DNA of 57,712 nucleotides, counting the filler, from Platydemus manokwari (Eukaryota): NCBI GenBank assembly GCA_037951405.1. It is 5 parts of 5 records of this genome, joined end to end, with 100 filler letters (N's around TTAATTAATTAA, not from the genome) between each part and the next. Parts side by side here need not be neighbours in the genome. Positions count along the whole stretch, not along the records: positions 27,203 to 36,495 come from JBBMOY011270873.1; positions 36,596 to 47,279 come from JBBMOY011113331.1; 3 more parts are not named here. One strand, 5' to 3'. The translations under genes were made by a program, and so were the position numbers. Under the pieces are notes generated by a model. It searched no databases. It had not been told where the DNA came from and saw only the letters and a program-made list of their open reading frames with translations. Positions 27,203 through 39,500 of this stretch are shown piece after piece (positions within the stretch are counted from its first letter, which is position 1; every line of letters starts with the position of its first letter).

Positions 27203-27499
27203 GGTTTTGACTAAATTATCTTTGATTATGTAGTGTTTTTCTTTCGTGCCATTCTTCAGTAAAAAACTTATTTCATGCGATTATACGGCATAATGGCCGT
27301 TACTATATTTATTTTCTTTCGAACCAATTTTATGCCTGGAATAATTTAATAACCCTATGGGTTTGTAGTTTTTTACTCTTTAAGTCACTTCACTAATTGT
27401 ATTTTCCTCTCTCAATGTAATATTTTTCCTATTCTCATTTCTGACATGAGTTGTCTTGATTTCTCATCGAAGTTGATCAATGTAAAGGGTATTTTTCAA

Positions 27500-29500
27500 T
27501 TTTTTTATTTGTAAAACTTGTTCTTGAACATTACGTATTACCTCATTCAGTTATTTGATATAAATAAACTTGTTTGAGATCCTTATTTTCAAAGCACTTT
27601 ACTTCTGCTCTTTCTGCCTTTAATAATTACTTGTTTAATTAGGAATTCTCTTGATTTGGCTTTCTTGTATTTCTTTTAATAATTTTTAAATTTACAAGAT
27701 CTACGTTAAATTAGTACTTCTTTCATTTGAGATAATCAACCCATTCCGATAAAAACTCTCAATTCATCTGTGAAATTTCACTCACTTATTTGAATTCTGT
27801 ATGAAAATATTACTAAAAATTATAATTTCTGCCCAGTAACCGTTATAAATAATCCAATATACGATATTGGTTTTAATCCATATTTTGTTAACATCTCTTT
27901 TGATGGAAATGTCAGCTCCAGAATTTATAAATCCTATCATTTCAGATATATTTACTTTTACTTTAATGAGCGCTCTAATTTTATGAGAGTAAATCAAATT
28001 TACTCTTGGAATCCTAGCTAATAATATTATTGACCATTAAAATACTCAAATGGTTTGTTTGTATTTTTATTTTATTCTTGACATTTCCGTATTTGGATAC
28101 ATCATTTCCGTTTATTGAGGTTCATGTACATCCCATCAATATTGTTAAGGCATCCATTGAAATAAACTGGTTCAACACCACTTTTATTATCACTACCATG
28201 AACTAAATTCATATAAATGTAAAAATGACATCCTATCGCCCAGGTTCTGTGAAAGTAACTCTCAACAGCTCTATTAAAATAATCTGTGGCCAATATATTC
28301 TCAATGTTCTTCAAAAACCTTCTGAGATATGGTCAAATCTGTTTGCATTAATTCCAGATTTTTGTCTAGTATGTAATCTGCATGTGCGACTGTTTCATGT
28401 ACACCATTTGGGTTCTATTAAATTTCGCATTAATTTCTCCAAAGTTCTTTGAAACAGCAAGTTTTTATTCTATGTCCTTTCTTTTTGCAGACTCGGCAAA
28501 CTTTGATTCAAAACTCTTCTGACAAGTGTCTTTTTTTAACAATTGGATCATTCTTTACTCTTTATGTAAGATTTCTGTGAATTATACTCTTTGGTGGGAT
28601 TCCCTTTCTGATCCTTAAAATTTAGGGTTTCCCTATCTTCTGATTTACAAGAAACCAATGTTATTTTTGTTTCCGTACTTTTAAGACAATTTCTTCTTTA
28701 ACTGCCTTAGCTTTCGTCTCTTCAAAAATCTTTAAATTCTAATTCCGTTAACTCTTAAAGTGTTTGTCATTCCAGAGCACTTCCTCTGTATCTTCTAAAC
28801 AAGGGCTAAAAGTCTCATAGTCATCTTTTTCAAATACATGAGTTTATTGCTTAATTTGCTTTGACTGGTTTTTGCAAAGTAGGTTCATAGCACCTTTTCG
28901 TAATTTATTTCATAATTCTTGGGATAGACCTGTCACTTCGTCAGAGTATTTATTTGATTAATTACATTTTTCGCCATCCAAGTTATATAGTCTTCTGCAC
29001 ATCGTTTCTGAATCAAAATCATAAAGCATTAGGCATTTCTTAATATTCCATTATAATCTAAAGAACTTCAGTGAGCCTTCTTAAGTTTTCACTGGTAATT
29101 TCCTACTTATCATCACCCCATCTTCGAGATTGTCATCGTTTCCATTTGACTTCACATATTCTAAATTTCTTTCAACAGACGCTCTATTTTTTTAAATACA
29201 GTTTCTTTTACTCTTTGAAGATCTTGTCTTCTTAATTCTTGTTCTTCTGTTTGTTTTCTGATCATGGTTTTTTTTATCAGTCTTCAGAGTCTAATTATTT
29301 TTCAATTCAAAACCTAAGTTTTTAATTTGCTTTCTAATAAGTTTTTTCTTTTCTTTTTGACAATGCTTCTTCACGCAGAAGCAAGCTCCGATTAAATAGC
29401 CTTTCTCATAGAAATTTAACCATTCTTCGTCTGATTATTCTGCCTTCAGTGATTCTTGATTAAGTCTTGTTCGCCAAATGTCAAGCTGCTACTCCTAAAG
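27500..29500 (-). mobile_element. Degenerate LTR-retrotransposon gag-protease region (probably Ty3/Gypsy)
   Basis: Retropepsin-like motif VKVNISEMIGFINSGADISI (DSGA variant) at ~27900-27970. It is preceded on the minus strand by long K/E/R-rich, stop-interrupted gag-like reading frames. Boundaries are approximate. Confidence 0.55.
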
Positions 29501-32500
29501 TTAACTAGTTCTATTTGATATGGCTCCTGTTTTATGTAAATGTTTGTAACTAAAGGAAAATACTTAAGTCTAAAACTTTTATTTAAATATTATAATTAAT
29601 ACAAAAAGAGTATAAGCCTATGATCAATATTGGATAATCAATTAAACAGGGAGTTAATCTCAGGTTTTGTTGATAGCACTGGCTCATATTCTAGCTTTGG
29701 TTATTACTACAATTCGTTATTAATCAATTACTTATTAGTGCACTGGAAATACAATACTTTTCCTCATCACAACTACACTTCTTGCCGGGAATAATTCTGA
29801 TAAAATAGTCCAGGGTACTGACAATCATTTCTAATAAATTTGAAAATTGTCTAACATGAAACATAATAAAGAAACATAATAAGGCATTAAAAATAATAAC
29901 ATGGAATTTCTCTCTGTTAGTAAATCACCAAGTTATTATTATACAAGACTATACAGACACCAGTAGTGACTACAATTACTTAATACCAAATTTTCATAGA
30001 AGACAGAAGATTATTTAAAACCCAGTTTCGTAACTGGGGGTTTAAACAATGTAAATGTTAAGTGCATCATTAAATCTTATTTCACAATCTTTCATATTCC
30101 TAAGTATCGACTCTTGCTCAATCGTAATCTTTTATGGAACCGATGGATTAAAATCAACCATTATCCCAAAATAAAATTGCACGAATTTTTGTGCTATTTT
30201 TTGTAAATTTGTTGTGTTGTCTATATTAATGATAATATATTTTAGTATATCAATCGACTCTTGTTTTACTGTTTATTCGTAAAGTAGTTACATTCGTTAA
30301 TAGCAGTAATAATAATTTTATATCTAAGTAATACTTCTGGTTAGTAATTTTTGTAAAGATTCATTTGGAGTTTCACCAGCGTTTAGAATCAAGAATTCTG
30401 ATGCTAAACGCATATAATAGGAATAGAGGTGCGTTAATTGAGACTGATATTCAAATAAATTATAATTTGTATCAATGTTAAAGTTGTGTGATGTGAAATT
30501 GAACACTATAAGGTTGATTACACCTGATGTCTTAAAAGAACTCATTCAGAGTGATAAAGAAGACTTTGCTTGTGAGGGCAAAAGAATACTGTTGGAATAT
30601 AAGAAAACGACATGAGGCTCAAACGTAACACACACACGCATATAAATTTATATAAATGAAATTGAAAAAGAACTATATTGGGATTAAATTATTTATACAT
30701 TAATTTCACATTAAGAATATGGAAAAACATGAAAATTATGGAAAAATTAAAAATATAATAACAATAAATAAAAATCAAAAAATTCTGATATTCGAAATAA
30801 CATTTAAAGTTTTCAAAAAAATTATCGAAAATTTATTTAGTTAAAGAGGTATAAGCAGAAATTATGATATTTTCGAGAATGATTATATGAACTTTCTAGC
30901 TTATAATAGTTCGAATATAAAATCTGTGAATGTAGATTTTGAGGAATATTTTATTAACTACGTTGTTAATAACTAAACATGTGAGCCACGTGATTTGAGT
31001 TTAGTTTAGTAATAAAATTGTTTAACAATGTTACGACTTTACAATAACTTTAACCGAATTGACACAGTAACTTTGATTGGAAAAAATGGACGAGAAACTG
31101 ACTCAAAAACAGTAGATTTGTCAATATTTAATAATAATCTTTGTCCACATTTCGATTTCAAATTATCTATTTGGTATAAAATCGCTTGATTTTCTTTTTC
31201 AAATTTAATTGCTACATTCCGACTCAATATTTTTATGATTGGTGAGTGATCAAAGTGACCAAGAATTTATACTTAGATTAACCAGTAAATTAGATCAGTG
31301 AATTCTAATTTATGTTAATTTACTTGGTGCCTTATTTTAATTATTGCTATTTTAATTATATTTACTATTTCCTGGACTCCTCATTATTTATTAACTACTA
31401 TCGCTACACATACAGTTTATTTATTCCTATTTATGGATTTATAAGAGGATCTAGTTGGACTCAAATCAATAATTTATTATCGATAGCTAGAACCTTTATT
31501 AAATTCAAAGACTTTCAAGTCGATAATTGTTAGGTTGCCTTTAATAAGTCAAATGAACACGAATGATAAATAACAATAAACAAGATAATACATATAATCA
31601 GTATAGTATAAAATAACAAATGTGTGACGTTGGATTTTGAAATAAAGTAATTGTTATGAACTCAAGACAACGAAGAGATCTAAGTGCCATCATACTTCGA
31701 TATAAAACTACGGAAATGATTTTGAGTTCAAACAAATTTCTATGCGGTTTGTGGAACCCTGGTTTATTGAATTATAGGAAAACAAACTTTTCGGAGATTA
31801 ATACAATTTGAAAAAGAATGGCATAAATAAATTTTGCAAGGATTCTATTAAAGTGGATTACAAAGTTGAATAAAAATATGATCTGGAAACGAATATGAGT
31901 AATGTTCAGAATAATATTAATATCCACAGTAGGATCGGCATCAACGAAAATAACTAAAGTTTACTAGTTAATGCGAGAATGAATGTCAAATCATTTTTCA
32001 AGGAAATACTATGTGACCCTGGCTTATATACTATGAATTTAATGACTCATTTCTGATGAGCTTATTATGTTGTCAATTCAATACGTTAATATAATATATA
32101 TATTTTACAATTAAATTGTCATGGTTACTTATAAATTCTCCACGGTAACGTGAATTAATAAAATTATTAAAATTGGAATTTTTATTTTTAGATTATTACC
32201 ACTTATTTAGCTTTATACCTAACACAGATTTTTACATACAACTACCGAAATAGATCAATGCATTACATTGTCACAAAGTCACAGATGTATTACATTGTTG
32301 ATAGATGTCAGAAATGAGTCAAAATTCAAAATAAATATGTTACAATCCTGATATTGTCCGAAATAGATTTGTCCTTAATAAATCTCATAATAAGCAAATC
32401 ACATTTGATCAATTTTCGATAACGTTTCCATGAAACAGCGTTCGAATTGTGAATGTGAATTTGGAATTGAGAATTTGATTTGACTGAGTTAAGACTTGAT

Positions 32501-33217
32501 TTGAAATTCGAGTTTTTATTTGGATTACCAGAATAATGTAGAGATATATAATTATCAATACGTATAGCTACGAAATTGGTTAATATTTTTTAAATACCGT
32601 TACCTAGTAGATTTTGTATTTAAGTCCAGATTCACTTTCAACGGTATGATACACGGATTTAGTGGTTACGAGTTTGATTATTCGTCAATATAATTTTTAA
32701 ATTCAAAGATTTTTTTCTGAGTGAGCGGGTTAAATTTTCTGGTTTTGTCGAATTGAGGAGAAGTTACTACAGAGGACTAACATCTGATAACCAGAATATA
32801 GTGATGCTAAATCATCTTTTGATTATTAAAAATATATCGATGATCATGGAAGAGAAAGAAAAATATGGTGATATGTGTTGAAACTAGTAATCAACAATTA
32901 AACCTGAATATTATATTTACGAAAATGTCATAAACTCAATCACATGGAATACAGTTAAACCGCTTTTCAAATCAACAATAGTCTATCACACAAGATGGAA
33001 TCAGCATCCAACAGTCAAAAACAGAATAGGAAACAACCAAAAAGCCTGGCTTTTGAAAATCACGTAAAGTTAAGGATAATACAGACGTTACTGACCAAAC
33101 AAGACTGGCAGTTACTCATGGAATTCAACCTTCTTAATAGATATATTGAGTGTATTTACTTGATGTCACTGATCTTCGTTTTACATTTTCTGAATTCGTT
33201 CATACGTCGATCTGCAT

Positions 33218-33340
33218 GCAAATTTCCTTGTATCTCTTATGCCATTGACAAATATTTGAGTTTACTGCCATTTGTAGGCATGTACATGCCGATATTTAAC
33301 TTCTAAATACAGATTAATATTAGAAATAATCTGATTGGCT
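33218..33340. repeat. Dispersed repeat, inverted copy of 3442..3564
   Basis: Exact 20-nt and 13-nt reverse-complement matches with conserved spacing. Confidence 0.75.
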
Positions 33341-33686
33341 GACAGCAAATATACTTATCGCATCTGTGTGTCGACCTTTCTTAGGTTTATTTCCTTGGTT
33401 CCTATAAATCTTAAAAATTGATTTTGTAATCTTACCTACACATGAATAATTTTTAAGTAATACTTGGTTTAATAAACTATATATGAAGTAGAAATGGTCG
33501 TAGTAGTCTGGTATCTAATTCAGTAACTCAAGAATTAGCTTAATTCCCTTATTTATGATTAATGAATTTGAGGATTTTTATTCAAAATTGGAATTAAAGG
33601 TAATCCCTAATCCTTACGAATTTTTCCAAGTGGTATGATAAAACCAATAATTTGGTACTGAGATACATAAAAAACTTGCTTATCTT

Positions 33687-33729
33687 AAGTTAGATAAAAA
33701 ATGAGATTTGTTTTAATATTAAAACAAAC
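33687..33729. repeat. ~43-bp direct repeat (copy 1) containing a perfect 22-bp palindrome
   Basis: AAGTTAGATAAAAAATGAGATTTGTTTTAATATTAAAACAAAC; near-identical copy at 35197-35240. Confidence 0.85.
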
Positions 33730-33759
33730 ACATCTGTTGGGGTAGAAATTTGTGACTTG

Positions 33760-35180
33760 CACCGATCACAAAGCCTTGACATACATGAAGAAAACTAACA
33801 AACCGATTATCCTTCAGTTTCAAACATAGTTTGCAAATTTATCCGGATTCAATTTCAAACTTCAATATCTGAAGGGATCAGATCATGGAAATGAGGATGG
33901 ACTCTCAAAGATAGGCGAAACATTTTGATCACTCAGCACCAGAGAGCTAAAGAAGGTGAACCAAAAACTCGGTTTAATAATGTTGTCTAGCATTCAATTG
34001 CAAATAATGGCGAACTAAGGAAGATTCAACAAGAAGGTACTGTCATTGGTTATATTCGAAAATGGTTACATATAACGGTAACAGGAATTAATTCAGCGGT
34101 CAAGAAGAGCAAATATTTTAACAGTTTAGACAAATACGAATTGTTTGAAGATATGGTGGTTTATAATGAGAATGGAAAGAAACGAATTGTTGTGCCAGAG
34201 GTTCATTCGCAAAAACCTACTAGATACCTTCATAAAGAGTTGTGCCATATTGGTAATAAGAAATTGGACGATAATATTCAAAAGAATTATTTCTGGTTAA
34301 ATATGTCACAAAGCATCGAACACGAAGTATGGAATTGTGATATTTGTGCTAAACAGAAGGCATACACTGGACGTACTAAAGAAGTTATGATTCCCAGAGA
34401 AGAATTTGGTCCTATAGCACAGATCGTTGTTGATGTTGCGCACTTTGGAGAATTTATGACTAAAACCAAATATTTATTGGTTATTGTAGATAGATTCAGT
34501 AAGTTAGTAATCTTGGTGCCACTTATTCGCAAGATGAAACTACTATTTCGAAGGCCATCATCGATAAATAAATCTATAGGTATGGTGCTCCAAAATCAAT
34601 GCTCACTGATCGGAGTAGAGTCTTTGAAGGAAGAGAAATGAAAGAATTAGCGATACGTTTTGAAATAAAACAAGAGTTTACCTCCCGATATCAACATCAG
34701 GCAAATGTCTTAGCCGAAAGGATGATCAGTACGGTCCGAGATATGGTTGTAACAACGATGCCATCAGAGAAACGGACTTTGGATAAATTAATACCTCGGA
34801 TAGAATTTATCGTCAATTCAATATATCAAAGTTCAATTTAACATTTTCCTTTTGAAATATTGTTCGGATGACGAATTAATATACATGGGTTATGACTAAA
34901 TGAACCAAGTCATCATGACCAAATCAACAAATAAACGGAAAACCAGCTAAAATCAGTTGCCAAAAACTTATAGAAATTCGATATTAAAAAAGAGGTTGTA
35001 GAATTTTCGTAGTTGGAGAAGAAGTTTTAGTGAAGAAAGAACCACATAAGATAAAGAAGAACGGAGATCGTTATGAAGGTCCTCACAGAATTTCGAAATT
35101 TTTAAGCCCACATCAAGTACTTCTTAATTTCCAGGGCCAGCCAAAACTTCAAAGAATTGAGTGGCTAAAGAGGATCTCAA
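33760..35180 (+). mobile_element. Degenerate Ty3/Gypsy pol fragment (RNase H end + integrase)
   Basis: DFNFKLQYLKGSDHGNEDGLS (RNase H C-terminus); HHCC zinc finger LHKELCHIG...FWLNM...VWNCDIC; catalytic core IVVDV..YLLVIVDRFSK / LTDRSRVF / YQHQANVLAERMISTVRDM; GPY-like RYEGPHRI. Frameshifts and stops are present. Confidence 0.92.
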
Positions 35181-35196
35181 AAACAACGGGATAGCG

Positions 35197-35240
35197 AAGT
35201 TAGATACAAAAATGATATTTGTTTTAATATTAAAACAAAC
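35197..35240. repeat. ~43-bp direct repeat (copy 2) containing a perfect 22-bp palindrome
   Basis: AAGTTAGATACAAAAATGATATTTGTTTTAATATTAAAACAAAC. Confidence 0.85.
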
Positions 35241-36495
35241 TTGTCTGATTTTTAAATAAATAAAATATTGGTGGATTCAACTGATGTTTTTACTTATTAT
35301 CTCGATCATTGATTGAGAAAATTTGATATTTTTAAAAAGATTCTTAATAGGCTAGGTATATCAATTATGTTTACTCTTAATCAATTCTGTACTGCATGTT
35401 AAGTGTGTAGCTAACGGTTTCAAAGGAACCTATACCAACAAAAAGATAATTATCAAAAATCCAAAGAAGAATTTTTTTATCATTACTACAGATAATTAAA
35501 AAGAAGAAAAATTCTTAATGGAAAAAGCAAAGAAAATTATAATTAATTATAAAGGTGAATAAAATCCAGTGATTCATATCGATTAATAAGCAGTGCAAAA
35601 TATTTCACCACATTTACTATAAATTGATTCAGGTACGGATTTAAGAGCAGTACAAAATTGAAACACATGGTAACAAACTGCAAACCGACTTATTACAATC
35701 CAAAATTTTATTCACACGTAAATAAATTTCTTTCTAATTAATATACTGATGTAATAATTGCAAAGCAGAAAAGTACATAAAGTGAACGAAAAAAATATTC
35801 TTCAGAAATGATATTATTTAAGCACTATATTTTTGTCAAATAAGTGTCACAATTTTTGTCATAATTTAAGTTAAGAAAAGGAATCTATTGACCTAATGAT
35901 GAATTTTCGCGCATGAAATAACTTTATAACTTAATTTCATATATAATTGCGATATTTGATTTGTTGGTAAAATTCAGTTAATATTTAACTTTTTATAATG
36001 TCTAATAGAAACAAAAATAGTTTTAAACCTAATTCCTATTCTAATCATATCACTTCTTTATGATTATTTGATGTTTTAAATTTAAATATGTGGATTATAA
36101 ATCGAGTTAGTTAACTTCAGGCATGTCTAATAATATCATTGTTTATTTTCATAGAATAATTGTAAAAATCGAGAGTATGGGGTTTATTTAAAAATACAAT
36201 AAATAATTAAAATTTACATGAGATTAAATTTATAAAAAATTTTAGCTAAAAGATATTTTTAAAAAATTACATTAAAAATAAATATACCATATAAATATTT
36301 ATGAAAGGACGTTGCTTAAAAAATTACTGCTAAACTCTCGATTTTAAAATTACTAAAAGTAAAATTTAAATATTTTATAATAAAAATAAAGATATAAAAT
36401 AAAAATGTGATCTCTCAATTCACCTCTGATGTCAAGAAAAGGATTCTCACGAATTTTCGATTAATTACAATTCGATCTACTTTGATATCGTTTTG

Positions 36496-36595
36496 NNNNN
36501 NNNNNNNNNNNNNNNNNNNNNNNNNNNNNNNNNNNNNNNTTAATTAATTAANNNNNNNNNNNNNNNNNNNNNNNNNNNNNNNNNNNNNNNNNNNN
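36496..36595. other. Artificial contig-join spacer (44N-TTAATTAATTAA-44N)
   Basis: Same 100-nt spacer. Confidence 0.95.
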
Positions 36596-39500
36596 AATGG
36601 TTTCATGATTTTTCACCGAAAATTGTTTTTTCCTATATTATTAGCTTTTTTTCTTGTAATTTTCTGGTTTCTAAAATCATCTTCTGATTTGTTCAGGCAT
36701 TCATATTGTTTTTCTTTTTGATTTTATCCGCTTATATTCATTTCCAATGATAGATATATTATCATTATTTATTTAATTATTTAATACATTTTATTGCTTA
36801 ATTTGCTATTACAGCCTCTTAAATTATTTTGATAATATTTTATTACTACAATTTTAATGGTTTTCTCACAATCAATTGGTGATATTTACTCATGAAAATA
36901 TCAAAATATTTAAAAATTCTCAAGTAAATCAACAGAATTGTGCTGGATTATTGATCATAATTATTGATAGTACGATTTATAAAATAAAAGATCATATTAA
37001 AACATTGATGATATTATGTGGCATTTAGATGCCATACATAATTACATATATGGGGACACTGAGACTACAGCTGTCGCTTATTCAAATCGATTCTATGACG
37101 AGAAATTATTGTTCCATGATTGGTCATATTATGTTATATCGTTGATGTAAACACTAAGCAATACAATGTTGATGTGTAAAAGAATTAATTATTGATTATT
37201 TTTATAATTATGTAATCTATAGTGTAATAATCCAAATTTATTTCCACTAGGAATGAGGAACATAAAAAATATTACTTGAAATAAACATTTATCAACAAAA
37301 ATAAATTTAGAATATTGTTTATGATATTATATTTATTTTCACACGGTAAAAGACATGGATGTCGGAGCAAAAATACAACTAATACTCTAGTATCAATGAT
37401 TGAGTAGATACTCTGGTATGAAATCAATTACTGAACATATCAAAATACAGTGAATTTGTTGTCCTATTTGCTGAGTAGATAAAACTAAAACGGTCTATTG
37501 GTGTGTTGGAATTTGGAATATTTAGTCATTCAATTACCAAACCCTTTATACACAATTATAAAATTCATATTTAAAATTTCCTATCACTGATTAAATTGCG
37601 GCAAATTTTTTCAAATTTAATTTATATTATTTTGTTTCAATCAACTAAAGGGAAAATTTCAGCCATTATGATAATAAATGGAACACGAAATAATCGATAA
37701 ATGAAACATTTGTTCACGTTAAATTTGGTTTGATTGTATTATGATGTGAAAATTATAATTCTCATGTTCTTGGATAAATTCTTGTTGAGAATTCTTGGAG
37801 AAATTCTTGTTGAGAATGTAACATTTTAATGAAAATCTTATTTTAGTAACAATTCTTTGTTAATAGACCTTCATTAATATTCATAATCTCTATTTTGATT
37901 GAAGTTTTCAGTTAAAAATTAGTGTTGAAAAGATCTTAATAGGAGAAGGAAATCATATATCAGATGTATGAAATGATGGATTATTTTCTGAACTCAGTAA
38001 ATTGATGAATATAATTAAATATTAAAATATCGCTTCAATTCACACAGGAACAAAAATTGAATTGTTATATTGAAAGCTTTCTATAACTCTATGAAAAATT
38101 CTATAATAAATTAGATACACCATTAGATGGATACGGATTTTTCTAATTCTTCATATATATATATGTAATAGTTGACAGTTTGCTTATTAAATCTATCCCA
38201 ATGCCAACACCATACCGATTTTTAGGTGGCTGTATCATCTGCTCATCAATATCAGAAAACACCTTGAATTTAATATACCATAATTTATTACTGAGATATT
38301 TGAACTTACATATATGTATGGTTAATTTAAGGTTTATTCTTACTGTTTTGTTTAACGCTTAGTTATTAGAATAATTTATAAATAAATTTGGGTTTCATAT
38401 CACAACTCGCTTTATATATTTTCTTTTTCATCACTTTGCAAAATCCTATGCTTCTCACAAATCATGAAGTCTCCCCTTATTTTCAATGAAATAAAGACTA
38501 TAGGAATCTGACATTTTCATTTTTCTGTGCAATACTTGTTTGCTTCTTAATCCACTACCACAGTAATGCTTGATATCTCAATACATCATCTCATGGATTA
38601 GAATGAATTATTTCTACAATTCATTTATTGATATTGTTTTTCGAATGATAAATATTTTCTTTTTTCTTGCTCTGATAAATCAAGTCATATTTTTCCACTT
38701 TTTCTCGATTAATCCAAGACTAATTAATAATTATCAGTTATTTTCATGTTCAGAGATTTATGACTGGGAAAATGTTAGAATTATAATTTAATGATCTTTT
38801 CTAGAAAATACTTTTTCATTGCAATATGATTAGAAATTATTTTTCATTGTCTCGTTTTGATTGGGGAATGAATCGAAAACAAAATCCCAAAAAATGCATA
38901 TATTTGTTGAAAATAAATGACCCAATTGGGAAATTATCCCATGTAAATTATCGTTAATTTATAATAAGTTCGTTTCCAGTTTCTTACGAATAATTTGTTT
39001 TTCAGAAATCGTGATGTGCAAATATTTTTTATTTTTCAAACGTTTTTTATGTATTCCAAGTTAAAAATGAGATTGAAATGATATAAGGCCTCGAACTCAC
39101 GGCTTTGATAATTTGGTAAGAATCTATCATATTAACTATTTGGGTTTTAAATCCAACTCAACAGGACCGATATAGCTAATATTAAATTGGGATAATTTCA
39201 ATAATATAGCAGAAGCTTATAAAATTTATAAAAAGGCAATTAAAATATCATTTAATTTAAATATCAGTTGTTAGTGAGTGATACAAGTGAGAATACTGGT
39301 ATCAGGATGAATGAAATCAACAAGCGAACTTCGTTGAATTTTGAAGCACGAGAACTTCATTCCCAGTAGCACCGATGTCAAAAGCCAATTGGTATAAACC
39401 CATATTTCTCATAGAGAATTTGATGTAACATATTTAAGAAAATCATTATGGTTACCGATTGAACCACTTACAATTCCAACTAATATTTCACAGATAGATC

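Noticed and set aside
39085-39125. B-box-like GTGAGTTCGAGGCC on the minus strand (tRNA/SINE)
   Set aside because: No cloverleaf or convincing A box could be built.
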